DNA from: Eledone cirrhosa | Taxonomy: Eukaryota | Reading direction: 5' to 3' | DNA length: 64,000 nucleotides | Assembly: GCA_964016885.1 (NCBI GenBank) | Contig: OZ024742.1 | Location: forward strand, 365,180,001 to 365,244,000 | Shown here: one piece after another, positions 1 through 14,200 of the stretch | Position numbering within the stretch: the first letter of the stretch is position 1 | How the letters are laid out: every line of letters starts with the position of its first letter | Position numbers and translations under genes: made by a program | The notes under the pieces: generated by a model | Databases searched by the model: none | Seen by the model: only the letters and a program-made list of their open reading frames with translations | Told to the model about the DNA's origin: nothing

Positions 1-340
1 TTGTTTACTTCGGAGTACTGTAAAATAAGTAAGTGAAATATGTAAAATTTGGCTTCGTTTATTATAAATTATAAATTTACTGTTAAATATATTTCGGTGA
101 CAGCCATCATTGGCTGTGACCTCTTCAGGCAGTCCGAATTGGTGTGGAAAAGACAGGTATACATGTTGTTGAGGTGTGTTTCAGTCCGTCAATACATCGA
201 TATGTCCAGCTCCTGGGTGTGTTGTTAGTCCTCCGAGGAACTGGAATCATATATGATGGCTGTCACCGAAATATATATAGAAGTAAATTTATAATTTATA
301 ATGAACGGAGCCAAATTTTACATATTTGACTTACTTATTT

Positions 341-343
<3 letters not shown>
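1..343. mobile_element. Fold-back PLE pLTR-like fragment (family G), runs off window start
   Basis: 21-110 is an inverted repeat of 253-342; homologous to 59812-60040; right end abuts (TA)n. Confidence 0.7.
79..133 (-). ncRNA. Type I hammerhead ribozyme motif (family G, slightly degenerate)
   Basis: Minus strand: ACTGC CTGAAGA GGTCACAGCCA-ATGA-TGGCTGTCACC GAAA TATATT TA ACAGT; mismatches in stems I and III relative to the 59864 copy. Confidence 0.7.
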
Positions 344-377
<34 letters not shown>

Positions 378-580
378 TTATATTTAATATAAAAAAGGCT
401 TCTACAGAACTAGAACTGTTTAATTCAGGAGAAAACATCAGTGCTTCCTAATGATTTCTTCCGAATGAAACAGTTCTAGTCCTGTAGAAGCCGTTTGTAT
501 GTTAAATATGTATACTCTGCTTTGTATTCAGTACCTTACTTACTGTGGTTACAACCGATTGAACCCGGGATAAACTTGAT
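378..580. mobile_element. Fold-back pLTR-like insertion (family A) with hammerhead motif at 443-491 (+, core mutated to CTAATGA)
   Basis: 378-441 is inverted relative to 448-510; GCTTC CTAATGA..GAAA CAG..CTG TA GAAGC; related copies at 7987, 38273, 43852, 47421, 48248, 51127, 52198. Confidence 0.8.
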
Positions 581-1096
581 ATATTTGACTCTGCTACGAT
601 TGTTCACGTGTGTTGATTCAACGAAAACAATTCATATCTAAAGGACATCCATCCTCTTATCAATATAAATATATACAGGAATTCTTCGTTTATGATGTTC
701 CCTTTTCCTTCTGGGTGAATTGTTTGCTGTTTGGAGAGTTAGTGGCTGGGTCAGGCTGGGTCATTGAGTAGTTCCTATCATTCGGTCATGTAATAATTCA
801 GGCAGCCACAACAATAGGAGAAAGTAGTACCCCGACACCACCACCGTTAGACAACAACAACAACAACAATCGTATCAGTAGTACCCCTACACCATCTCCG
901 TTAGACACACTAACGTCAACAACAACAACAACCGTACCAGCTCCGACACTCCCAGCAGGAGGGGGATGACAATTTCTATTGGTGACATGGAATATTTTCC
1001 ACTGCTTTAGTAGTTTGGTTCAGAAAAATTCTAACAAAAGCCAACGTCCAGAGCAGAGACCAATATCACACTTGAAACCAGGATAGTAGCCCCGTG

Positions 1097-4000
1097 GTAA
1101 GTGTATAGAATATATGTCAGTGTATAGAGTATATGTCAGTGTATAGAGTATATGTAAGTGTATAGAATATGTGTAAGCGTATACAATATATGTAAGTGTA
1201 TAGAAAAACTGTAAGTGTATAGAATATATGTAAGTGTATAAAATATATGTCAGTGTGTAGAATATATGTCAGTGTACAGAATATATGCAAGTGTATAGAA
1301 TAACTGTAAGTGTATATAATATATGTAAGTGTATGGAATATATGTAAGTGTATAGAATATTTATAAGTTTATAGAATATAGGTTAGTGTATAGAATATAG
1401 GTCAGTTTATAGAATATACATAAGTGTATAGAATAATTGTAAGTGTATAGAATATATGTAAGTGTATAGAATATATGTAAGTTTATAGAATATATGTCAG
1501 TGTATAGAATATATGTCAGTGTATAGAATATATGTAAGTGTATAGAATATATGTAAGTTTATAGAATATATGTCAGTGTAGAGAATATATGTAACTTTAT
1601 AGAATATATGTGAGTGTATAGAATATATGTCAGTGTATAGAATATATGTCAGTGTTTAGAATATATGTAAGTGTATAGAATATATGTAAGTGTATAGAAT
1701 ATTTATAACTGTATAGAATAAAGGTCAGTGTATAGAATATAGGTCAGTTTATAGAATATACATAAGTGTATAGAATACTTGTAAGTGTATAGAATATATG
1801 TAAGTGTATAGAATAAATGAAAGTGTATAGAATATATGTAAGTGTATAGAATATATGTCAGTGTATAGAATATATGTCAATGTATAGAATATATGTCAGT
1901 GTATAGAATATATGTAAGTGTATAGAATATATGTAAGTGTTTAGAATATCTGTAAGTGTATATAATTATTGTAAGTGTATAGAATATATGTAATTGTATA
2001 GACTATTTGTAAGTGTATAGAATATATGTCAGTCTATAGAATATATGTAAGTGTATAGAATATATGTCAGTGTAGGGAATATATGTCAGTGTATAGAATA
2101 ATTGTCAGTGTATAGAATATATGTAAGTGTATGGAATATATGTAAGTGTATAGAATATATGTAAATGTATAGAATATATGTAAGTGTATAGAATATATGT
2201 CAGTGTATAGAATAATTGTCAGTGTATAGAATATATGTAAGTGTATGGAATATATGTAAGTGTATAGAATATATGTAAATGTATAGAATATATGTAAGTG
2301 TATAGAATATATGTAAGTGTACAGAATATATGTAAGTGTATAGAATATGTGTAAGTGTATAGAATATATGTAAGTGTATAGAATATATGTCAGTGTATAG
2401 AATATATCTAAGTGTATAGAATATATTTAAGTGTATAGAATGATTGTAAGTGTATAGAATATATGTAAGTGTATAGAATATTTATAAGTGTATATAATAT
2501 AGGTCAGTGTATAGAATATAGGTCAGTTTATAGAATATACATAAGTGTATAGAATAATTGTAAGTGTATAGAATATATGTAAGTGTATTGAATAATTGAA
2601 AGTGTATAGAATATATGTAAGTGTATAGAATATATGTAAGTGTATAGAATATATGTGAGTGTATAGAATATATGTAAGTTTATAGAATATATGTCAGTGT
2701 ATAGAATATATGTCAGTGTATAGAATATGTGTAAGTGTATAGAATATATGTCAGTGTATAGAATATATGTAAGTTTATAGAATATATGTCAGTGTATAGA
2801 ATATATGTCAGTGTATAGAATATATGTCAGTATATAGAATATATGTCAGTGTATAGAATATACGTCAGTGTATAGAATATACGTCAGTGTATAGAATACA
2901 TGTAAGTGTATAGAATATATGTCAGTGCATAGAATAATTGTAAGTGTATAGAATAATAGTAAGTGTATAGGATATATCTGAGTGTATAGAATAATTGTAA
3001 GCGTATAGAATATATGAAAGTGTATAGAAAAACTGTAAGTGTATAGAATATATGTAAGTGTATACAATATGTCAGTGTATAGAATATTTGTAAGTGTATA
3101 GAATATATGCCAGTGTATACAATATGTCAGTGTATAGAATATATGTCAGTGTATAGAATATTTTTTGGTGTATAGAATATATGTAAGTTTATAGAATATA
3201 TGTCAGTGTATAGAATATATGTCAGTGTATAGAATATGTGTAAGTGTATAGAATATATGTCAGTGTATAGAATATATGCCAGTGTATACAATATGTCAGT
3301 GTATAGAATATATGTCAGTGTATAGAATATTATAGAATATTTTTTGGTGTATAGAATATATGTAAGTTTATAGAATATATGTAAGTGTATAGAATTATTG
3401 TAAGTGTATAGAATATATGTAAGTTTATAGAATATATATAAGTATATAGAATATATGTAAGTGTATAGAATAATTGAAAGTGTATAGAATATATGTAAGT
3501 GTATAGAATATATGTCAGTGTATACAATATATGTAAGTGTACAGAAAATATGTAATTGTATAGAATATATGTGACACTATAGAATATATGTAAGTGTATA
3601 CACTATATGTCAGTGTATAGAATATATGTACGTGTATAGAATAATTGTAAGTGAACTGTATAGAATAATTGTTAGTGTACAGGATATATCTGAGTGTAGA
3701 GAATAAGTTTAAGTGTATATAATATATGTAAGTGTATAGAATATTTGTAAGTGTATAGAATATATGTCAGTGTATAGAATATATGTCAGTGTATAAAATA
3801 TATGTAAGTGTATAGAATATATGTAAGTTTATAGAATATATGTCAGCGTATAGAATATATGTAAGTGTATAGAATATATGTCAGTGTATAGAATAATTGT
3901 AAATGTATAGAATATATGTCAGTTTATAGAATATATGTCAGTGTATAGAATATATGTAAGTGTATAGAATATATGTCAGTGTATAGAATATAAGTAAGTT

Positions 4001-4297
4001 TATAGCATATATGTAAGTGTATAGAATATTTGTAAGTGTACAAAATATATGTCAGTGTATAGAATATTTGTAAGTGTACAAAATATATGTCAGTGTATAG
4101 AACATATGTAAGTGTATTGAATATATGTAAGTGTATAGAATATTTATAAATGTATAGAATATATGTAAGTGTATAGATTATATGTAAGTGTATAGAATAT
4201 TTGTAAATGTACAGAATATATGTCAGTGTATATAATATATGTAAGTGTATAGAATATATGTAAGTGTATTGAATATATGTAAGTGTATAGAACATTT
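1097..4297 (+). repeat. 19-bp satellite, consensus GT(A/C)AGTGTATAGAATATAT, roughly 165-170 copies
   Basis: Direct reading; the 19-aa periodicity of the minus-strand ORFs (3 x 19 nt) confirms the unit length. Confidence 0.97.
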
Positions 4298-4540
4298 GTT
4301 AATATTTGATTCTACATTTTGCCGGCAATTTAAAGAGGAATGTCCACTTATATAGACACCATTCTGTTAGAGGTACTTTATTTAATCGACCCCGTAAGTA
4401 TGAAAGGTGTAGGTAGTCCTGGCGAGATTTCAACCCAGAAGATATATGCAAATATATTCTGCTAAATAATTTTCCCGACGTTCTACCGATAATTGTTTCT
4501 ACATTTGGCACAAGGCCAGCAATTACCCAGTACATTACTG

Positions 4541-4594
<54 letters not shown>

Positions 4595-4726
4595 GTGAGG
4601 ATTTTTTTTACAACATGAAAAATAACCGAGGTGTCCTACACGAGTGAAAGTATAAAGAAAAAGAGATGAAATCGAAAATGCAACTGGAGTCTTATTTTTT
4701 TAAAAATATATAGATTTATTTGGTTC

Positions 4727-4762
4727 CTTTACCGGTTTCGCAGTTCTTCTGCTTTTCAAAAG
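4727..4762 (-). ncRNA. Degenerate minimal hammerhead motif (core TTGAAAA)
   Basis: CTT TTGAAAA GCAG-AAGAA-CTGC GAAA CCGG TA AAG; palindromic stem III ACCGGT; similar motif at ~47798-47832 (+). Confidence 0.45.
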
Positions 4763-5277
4763 TTGAGTTGAGAAGGAGGGTCTGTGGTTTTTCTCACATC
4801 TGGTTGGTCTCTGAATGTTACTTGTTTTATATGGAAAAAGTGGCTCGAAATGCCAGGTCTTTCGAGAAGTAATTTGATTGGCTGGTCAATAATTATAATA
4901 AATTTCGCGCCAGTTCGCGTTACAATAGTTCTTCAAATAAGAGGGGGAGGGTTGTCACAGGTTGTTTTTTCATATATGAGTGTTTGAATTTCTTTTTACT
5001 TGAAAAAAGGGGCTCACGAAGGCTTTTTTTTGGTTGGTTATAATTGAAATTATGGCTGTCACGTGAACAAGTTTTCATTAAATTTTCGCGCCCTTATTTG
5101 GAAATCCATTCTGTAGCCTTTTTAGAGAATTTTATGATAAGTAAAAGATAATGGTCAAGAGAAATGGGATGCGAGAATTGTTCTGGTTCAGTGAATATGG
5201 TTAGTTCGCTGGCGTGTCAGAATTCTGATTTTCTATTGAATAAAGAAAGTAAAGATATGTATGTTTATTTGTGTGCT

Positions 5278-5361
<84 letters not shown>

Positions 5362-5403
5362 AATTTATTTTTACTTTAAAAAAAGGGTGGCTCACGAAAG
5401 TTT

Positions 5404-5440
<37 letters not shown>

Positions 5441-5443
<3 letters not shown>

Positions 5444-5640
5444 TATTTACGTATGGGGAAAGAGAAAAAAAGGGGAGGATAGGTGATACATATAGTTATT
5501 TGCCAAGTAGCGTATGCTAAAGTTGCTCGATACTAGTGCCGGTAGTATTAAATATTCGAAGTGTTAATATTTAGTGGGCTAGAGAGTTAGCAGAGCGTAA
5601 GCACGTGGGAAAGTAAAAAATCGGAGAATAGACCGTTAAA
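5441..5640 (-). mobile_element. 3'-terminal fragment of PLE family F
   Basis: Near-identical to 57761-57944; abuts (TA)n. Confidence 0.75.
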
Positions 5641-5759
5641 AACTTAAAAACTTAAAACCACAACTGAATAGTAACCCATACAATCACTAATACTCTTTTA
5701 TTCCTAATTAAACCATTTTTCAACTGTGAACAATTTATCAGCATTTTCTATTCCGTTTA

Positions 5760-5765
<6 letters not shown>
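5641..5765 (+). repeat. Dispersed repeat ending in (TA)n (probable PLE 3' end)
   Basis: Homologous to 47830-47945. Confidence 0.55.
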
Positions 5766-5814
<49 letters not shown>

Positions 5815-5892
5815 CGGAATATCAGAAAACAAAAAAAAACAGAGAAACGCAAGAGTAAATGTTACATATATATGCACATGTATATATATGTA

Positions 5893-5937
<45 letters not shown>

Positions 5938-7146
5938 AAACAGGTAGATATATAGATATGAACTCAGAAACTCAACATACACTTCCACACAAATACACAT
6001 ATTTAAGGGAGGAATGCTAATGAAGCTGGTAAGCAAAACCTTAATAAAAACAGTTAATCATCAACGGCAGTAATATATGTTATGAGACCTCCATAAAACA
6101 TATCAAACCTTCACAGTAAAAGACATTAGAAATTTGCCCCAAAATCTGCAATACTTATCAAAGAAACATCGATTAGTCTAGTTTCTTATCTTAGATCAAG
6201 AACATTCTTTAATTCTTCATTTTTTTGTTATATATATATATATTTTTTTTTACGAACTTTCATTTGAAGTTAACCAAAGATATATTCGGTTTACGGTTTA
6301 CGAGATATTTTAACACCGTTTGATTAGATTTTTAGTCAAGATTTGCAATGTGAGAAAATCGAGTCACAGAAGAAAGTGTTACAGTTTTCGCCATCAAAAA
6401 GTATATTGTTCTTCTTATGCTTGAGTAACGTTTGGTTCCTTTTCTCTCTACGGTGTACACACACATAACACCACGTGAAAGGATAATATACTAATACTAC
6501 GTGTCTGGGTATCTTCTGTTTTGCTACAGACAACTTTTTGTTCCCGCCTGGTTTTATAATGGCCCAGTTTTTTTCCAGCTCACAGCACATCCCCTTCAAA
6601 ACCCTCCTTTCATATTTTCCGATAAATTATGTACCAGTCAAGTACTGAGGTCGATTCCTTTCTCTGTCTACCTTTCCTTCTGAGGGAGATCTCGACTGTG
6701 TTTAGACCTGGGGAGTTATGGCCTCTGCCTGGTTTAAAGTACCCAAGACCTGGCATGTGTGAGAACGGCGTCCCTGAACCTCCATTAGTAGTTAAGTGCT
6801 CTTTATCTTATCAAACCTGGCTGGAATGATTTTGTTTGTTCTTCAATGTGATTATCATATTTACCATTAGATTAATTAGATGGATTGAGCCTGAACAATT
6901 CCTCATCACTTGGATCAGAGCCTTCAACTTCGCAGCATTGAGGTGTGCGTTGATACACGTTCCTTTCTCCCTGTCAACACAAATATGCCCTAACATTCGG
7001 TTTACTGCCAGACATTGTTACTCTCATAAATCCACATATTACCTGCCTTAACCGCAAGCATTGTCCACTCCTACGCACATCATAACATCTTTCATTCAAG
7101 AAAGCCCATGTTACACATAACAGGTTTGGACAAGAAAATTTGATAT

Positions 7147-7512
7147 CTTGTATATAACCTGCGCTGACTCTATAAACAGAGACACTACTTTGTATATAAC
7201 ATACATGACCCTAGAAATAGAGACAATATCTTGTATATAATCTAAACTCACTCTATAAAGAGAAACACTACCTTGTATAAAAAACCTGCACGAACTATTA
7301 ACAGACAATAACTTGTATATAACATACACTGACTCTATAAACAGAGCATTAGCTTGTATATCATCTACACTGACTGTATAAACATAGACAATACCTTGTA
7401 CATAACATACACTGACTCTATAAACATAGACAATACTTTGTATATATTATACAATGACTATATAAACATAGATATTACCTTGTTTATAACCAACACTGAC
7501 TATAAACAGAGA
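7147..7512 (+). repeat. Degenerate ~42-bp tandem repeat, about 9 copies
   Basis: Recurring CTTGTATATAAC...CTGACTCTATAAACA(G/T)AGACA at ~42-bp spacing. Confidence 0.85.
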
Positions 7513-7704
7513 CGTCCTAAACATTATACAACCAAGTGTATGTAAATGTTGCCTCTTTCAAATTTACACATATATACAATATTACCGTAGCCTCCTCTTA
7601 AACCTATTAAATACATACATTTTAATATCTCCTCATCTCTATATAACCAGCCCTTATATTGTACACACATTAAGCTAGTCTCACTTAACCATATACTGCT
7701 TACA

Positions 7705-7766
<62 letters not shown>

Positions 7767-7771
7767 TCTCA

Positions 7772-7855
<84 letters not shown>

Positions 7856-9102
7856 AACAATCTATCTCTTTCACTGAGTGTTTCGCGGCGGAGCACCCGT
7901 CCATCTATGCATATCTTCACCAGTAATTCTTTCTCTTTCACTCTCTCTCCCTCTCTCTGTATATATATATATATATATATATATACAGTACTAGTCCTGT
8001 AGAAGCTCCTTCTATACAGTACTAGTCCTGTAGAAGCTCCTTCTATAAAATAAAAATAAAAATATATATATATATATATATATATATTCATCTCTATCTC
8101 TCATTTTTCTATCAATCCCGCTCCATATATCACTAAAACTAAGACACATGAGGCAACTATTAGTCAATGTGTCCCTCAGAAAATGTTTCCTCATCGTTTT
8201 TAATACATGTTTTTCCAATAAAATTCCGTAGAAATAAGTTTTCAGAGATTTAGGTAACAATTATTTTAATGATATTTTTTTAACAGAAATATATTTTTTT
8301 TTACTTTTCTTTTTTAAAAAATAATTCGTAGAACGAGAAATGACATTTCGTTCTTGTGGAAAAAGAAAATGTAACGTGATCTTGATTTGTATTAATCTTT
8401 ATCAGCAGGAATTTTGAAGTCATGATGAAAAAATTCCCGAGTTTATGTTTAGCTTACTGACTGATACAAGTTGAAAATATTGAAAAAATAAGGAAATGAA
8501 GTATATAATATAGAAAGTATTAACGACGAAAGTATACAATAATGAATATATTATGTGCCCTTTTTCATTTCCAAGTAAACGGAACAATGTAGAATTTGGA
8601 GCAAATAATAATAATAATGTTAACGACAATTGGTTAAATTATGAAGCATTGGAAAATATGACATTTACAAATATTAACTTCACGATGCAGATAATAATAT
8701 TAATATGTAACAACCAATTGTTACATATCGAATAAAATCGATCGACAAGAACCCAGACTTCATTATCTTACCGAATAGGATGGAACTTATCAGATCAGAA
8801 CTACGAAACAATGTTACCATTTCTAATACTATCTACCGGTTGCAAATCCTGACAGAAAGACCAACGTGAAATAAAATGTCTTGCCCAAGGATATAAAACA
8901 TAACCAGTTTCAGGAATCGAACTCGCCACCTCAGGATTATGAAACCAATTCTTTAACCACTATATATACATACTATATATAATAGTCGAATATATCTTGA
9001 AAATACAATTGGAGATGGAAAAAGAGGAGAGAACGTAACGTTCCAATCTTCTGCCCACACATTATAACATACAGACCCCCCACTATATTTACCTCTGCTA
9101 AC

Positions 9103-9585
9103 ATACGGGTCCCTTTGAAAATATTATTAGGCGCCATTCCTGGCCTGACTGTAGTCTGACATTAATATCGACCTTTCTTCCTCTTTCTTTCTATCTTGTA
9201 GCCATCAACCCTGACTTTTCTTCTTCTTCCTTTTCTTCCTTCTCTTCCCCCCTTCTTTCTGTCTTTCTCCTTGTGGCATGATATTAACGCTGACTTATCT
9301 TCCTCCCCTTTTTGTTTGCCTATATTTGACCAGTAGTAGTTAAGATACGGGTCCCTTAGTATAAATTTTTTTCGCGACATTCCCGGCCTGACTGTAATAC
9401 CGACCTTTCCTCCTCTTTCTTTCTGTCTTTCTTCTTATAGCTGACATTAACCCCGACTTCTCTTCTTCTTCCTTCCTCCTTCTTCTCTCTTCTTTCTTTC
9501 TTTCTTTCTTTTTTCTTGTGGCATGATATTAACGCTAACTTATGTTCCCATCCCTTTCTGTTTTCCTTTATTTGACCGGTAGTAG
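9103..9585 (+). repeat. Diverged ~240-bp tandem duplication, pyrimidine-rich
   Basis: ATACGGGTCCCTT..CATTCC.GGCCTGACTGTA..CTTGTGGCATGATATTAACGCT..TATTTGACC.GTAGTAG occurs twice. Confidence 0.75.
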
Positions 9586-9718
9586 CACACTGTAAGCTTT
9601 AGCCACGTCACTTGAGGGCGACCGGCTAAGGTAGAAGGTGCTGGATGGCGGTCGTCCTCGGGTCTTTGATTTTCAGCCCCATGGATTTTATCTATTACAT
9701 TCACGTATTATATTTAGA

Positions 9719-9776
9719 ATACCTGATGATATCACCGGATTCATGGGGAACCCGGTCATTGAAATGATCATAGTAT
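9719..9776 (+). ncRNA. Canonical minimal type I hammerhead ribozyme
   Basis: ATAC CTGATGA [stem II containing ACCGG..CCGGT] GAAA TGATCA TA GTAT; stem I ATAC/GTAT, palindromic stem III ATGATCAT. Confidence 0.85.
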
Positions 9777-9984
9777 AATAAACCTTTCAAAGATTTACAC
9801 AAATCCAGCCTCCTGTCATTTCATTATAATATTTAACTCCGTAATAGCACCACCAACTAGAAAAACACAGACGGTTGAACTGCTTTACGTTGAGTACTCT
9901 CCATATTATTACATTACGATTGACCATACGGAATTGACCAGCTCTAGCCAGTGGTGAACCTCAAACCTGAATATATATATATAT

Positions 9985-10457
9985 ATATTTATTAAAATAA
10001 CAGATTAAAGTTTAAGCAAAGAATCGCTGCTTTCACCCTTTACAGGATCTTCTGAAACTAACAAAGTCAATCTGTGAACGCAGAAGTGAATATTTCAAAA
10101 AACGTTGCAACCGGAGGAAGACAGGAAGACGATACTTTGGTTCGTGGAAACATTCCCTGGCAAAGCACGGGTAAAAACGAATATAATACGTCGTTATTTG
10201 GAGCGGTGAAAAACAATTACGCGCAAAAACAAAACCACGTTTATGGTATAGCAGAAGTCGTAGACTAAAATTCTAGCTAGGAAACCGAATGATTCTTGGC
10301 TTCAGAGTTAAGAATAAAGTAAATAAAATACAGAGGTAATTGAAATTAAATAAATACATACACGCATCCATATACGTACATACGGTTCTTATATATTTGA
10401 TATATATTTATCCTTATCGAACCCTCTTTGGAATTTAGTCTTCAAATTTATTATTAT

Positions 10458-10460
<3 letters not shown>
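9985..10460. mobile_element. pLTR-like insertion (family B) between (TA)n tracts
   Basis: Both ends match 47576-47757; partial copy at 60361-60422. Confidence 0.7.
10009..10059 (-). ncRNA. Type I hammerhead motif with variant core CAGAAGA (family B)
   Basis: AGTTT CAGAAGA TCCTGTAAAGGGT GAAA GCA-GCGATTCTT-TGC TT AAACT. Confidence 0.7.
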
Positions 10461-10528
<68 letters not shown>

Positions 10529-11201
10529 CGTAAACGTATAGATATATGTATAAATATATACGCATATTGATATATACATGTGTGTGTGTGTCCGCCTGCA
10601 CGACTGCGTACTCGTGTTTGTGTATACATTTCCGATTGTTTGTAGACTCATATACGTTGAGTGTTCTCCTACTCTGAATTATTAGAAATAATTTTCATTA
10701 GAAAATTACTTTACTTTTATACATCATTACCGAATGGTTTGAATAATTTATTGCGTAGAAAGGTACAGAAATATGGATGAGAAAGTGAGGCGAGAAGAAG
10801 GAAATATAATTTATGGGGCGAAGTATTTATATTTACATTAGATTGCTAGACGTAAGCATGTGTCTGTCTGAAGGGAAACGTTAGTAATAATTTATTACAA
10901 GCGTTAAATGTTTAGTCTTATATCATGATTATAACCTGAAGAAGATTAATCTTGTTTACACTGTAAGGTTCAACACACGCACTCACGGGGGATCACATAT
11001 TCAAAGACACACACACACACACTTGTGTGTGTGTGTGTATATATATATTTAATTTATATATATATATATAGAGAGAGAGATATATAGATATATATATATG
11101 TAAGTATGTTTTGAAACAGCGAACGAGTTTGAAATTAGAAATAGAAAAAGATGAGTATTGACGTACATGGGATGCAGATTCTCACACACATAGACCCCCC
11201 C

Positions 11202-11254
<53 letters not shown>

Positions 11255-11257
<3 letters not shown>

Positions 11258-14200
11258 TACCCTGGTCTCGCCGGACGCTTCATCGTGGCGAAGGGGTGCC
11301 AACCACTAATCTCAGTGGGCAAAGAATCGGCAAATACAGGCGGCAGGCGTCGCGTTAGCAACCCCGCACTGCTGTAAAATTTCTAACCGCTAAAGAAACA
11401 ACAAGAAAAGCCAAAAAAAAACAATAATGAACGTCGTAAAGATGAAGGCGTGGGAAACACTCCACACTTGACGGACCTCGACCAAAGCCGAAAGGACGTT
11501 GGGGTTCCGATGAGCCGGATTCTGAGCACCAAAAGAAAGATGCGAATTGGAACTTGGAACGTGCGTACACTACACCAGGCAGGGAAGCTGGCTCAGCTAC
11601 TTCGTGAGTTCGACCACTACCAGCTGGACATTCTGGGCGTGAGTGAAATGCGCTGGACCGGCAGCGGAAAAATGAGTGGCAGCGGAGACAACTCTGCTTT
11701 ACTGTGGACACCAAGACAAGCACGTTCATGGCGTTGGACTTGTGTTTAGCGCCCGAGCAACTCGAGCATTGATCGGATGGGAACCAGTCAGCGAGCACAT
11801 CATAACCTCCCGTTTTCAAAGTGGGCATGCGAAAATCACTGTTGTTGAGGGCTACGCGCCGATTGATGACGCAACGGACATCGACAAGGACGCCTTCTAC
11901 GAACAGCTGCAGGACACATTTAATAACTTGCCCAGCAATAACATGAAGCTACTGATCGGTGATTTCAATGCTCAGATTGGCTGCAACAGACAGGGACTGG
12001 AACAGGTAACTGGGTCATTCGATTCTGCTGTGGTCACCACGGACAACGGCGAGAGACTGCAGCTGTTCTGTGCCATCAACAATTTGTGCATAGCAACACC
12101 TATTTCAAACACAAGGCGATTCACAAGGCTACTTGGCAGTCTCCGGACCAGAAAAGCCGAAACGAGATGGACTACATCTGCATCAACCAGCGCTGGCGGT
12201 CCTCGGTACGTGAAGTCAGAGTGTACCGAGGTGCGGACGTGGGCTCAGCCCACCACCTACTGTGTGCGGAACTTCAGCTGCGCCTGAAGAAGCGGATACG
12301 ACAGGAAAGACCAAAGCCATATGCAGTGGAGAAGCTGAAGTATCCCGGTCAAGCGCGACTGTACCAACTGGCGCTACACAACCGATTCCAGCAGTTGAGT
12401 GAGGCTGCAGATCTGGAATATCAATGGACCATGTTCGCGACAGCGGTGACTGAGGCAGCACAAGAAATTATTGGCCGAAGACGAGGAACGAGGAGGGAAA
12501 ATGGATCCAAGAACCAACGTGGCACCTGATTGACAGACGAAAAAAGGCAAAAGTCGAGCGAGATTCTGCCAGATGGGAGGAAGACCAAAAGAAAAGAAAT
12601 GCCGTATACTGCCAAATCAACCGACTGGTAAAGCGAAGCTGCCGGTGGGACAAACGTGACTGGCTGGAGAAAAAGGGGGCTGATGCAGAGGAAGCTGCTG
12701 GTTGAAACGATACAAAAGCACTGTTCCGCATCGTGAGGGAGTTGACAGGAATATCGAGCGGTGTCAGCATGCCAGTGAAGGACAAAAATGGCAAGACGTT
12801 GACCTCTGGAGCGGAAAAGGAGCAGAGATGGATGGAGCACTTCCGGGAGACGCTGAACCAACCAAATCCAGTCGCCCTGATAGACTTGACCGCAGAGACT
12901 CTAGCAACCACTGAGGTACTCAAATTCTGCGAGGACCATATCACCAAGCAAGAGACGAGAGATGCGATTAGCCACTTGAGGAACGGCAAAGCAGGCGGAC
13001 TGGATGAGATCTTTGCTGAGCTGCTCAAATTCGGTGAGGAGAGCACGATAACGGCGTTGACAGACTTGATGAACCACTGCTGGAGAGTTGGTCGGGTTCC
13101 CCTTGAGTGGCAGCGCGGTGTCATCGTCAAACTGCCGAAGAAGGGAAAGGTGGCAGACTGCAACAAATGGCGTGGTATCACATTGCTGTCAGTCCCAGGC
13201 AAGGCGTTCTGCACTGCTGCGTCGTCTCCGGCAGGCTGTCGACTCTGTGTTCCGGGAGGAACAAGCCGGCTTCCGAAAAAATCGATCTTGCACGGAACAG
13301 ATCTTTACACTACGCAACATTCTCGAACAATGGGTTGAGCTATTTTATTGATTTCAAGAAGGCACTCGACAGTGTACACCGGGAGTCGCTGTGGAATGTT
13401 GCGGAATTGTAGGGCATTCCTGCAAGATTCATCGCCATTTTCAAGGCCCTGTATGAAAACTCCAGCTGCTGCGTGCGGACTGAGTCCGGTGTGACGGAGT
13501 TGTTTGACATTGTCTGTTGAGTCAGACAGGGTTGCATTCTCTCTCCCCTGTTGTTCCTGCTGGCAGCCGATTTCGTACTCGGGCGAATGGATGAAGGACC
13601 CGGTCGAGGAATCCCATGGAGAGGGAAGTCGAGGCTGAGGGACCTGGCATTCGCCGAAGATATCGCTTTGATCGCTGAAAATAGTGCAGATCTGCAGGCC
13701 CTAACAACATCCCTACAAGAGAGTGCGGAAACGATCGGCCTGAGAATCAACACCAAAAGACCAAGATCATGAGAACAGCCAGCAACACAGGTCCCGTGAT
13801 CAGAGTCAACCAACAGGACCTCAAGGAAGTCGATCACTTCACCTATCTGGGCAGCATCCTGACAAGCAGCGGCGACGCGGAGCTCGACATCAACTGTCGG
13901 ATCCGCAAAGGAGCCGCAGATTTCCAGCGACTGTACCCAGTCTGGTAGTCTTCATGCATTAGCACCAAGACCAAGCTCCACCTGTACAAGAGCATCGTGC
14001 TGCCGACAGTGCTTTATGCGAGCGAGACCTGGAAGAGTACGGCAAAAATAGAGAGACGGCTGAAGGCTTTCCACCAGTGGTGCCTGCGAAAGATCATTTG
14101 TGTGTCCTGGCATGACCGAGTGCGAAACGAGGTGATATTGCGGAGAGCCGAGTCGTAGACGCTACAGAGAGTGGTCACGGAGTGTTGGTGCCGTCTGGCT

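Noticed and set aside
801-1096. Mucin-like host exon(s)
   Set aside because: Stops occur in all plausible frames and no partner exons are visible; kept only as context for the satellite.
2846-4295. Tyr/Ile-rich ORFs
   Set aside because: Read-through of the 19-bp satellite.
6500-7060. Short overlapping ORFs in moderately GC-rich sequence
   Set aside because: No recognisable motif; possibly an old TE remnant, but no call can be supported.
12421-13837. Long minus-strand ORFs
   Set aside because: Antisense shadows of the GC-rich RTE coding region.
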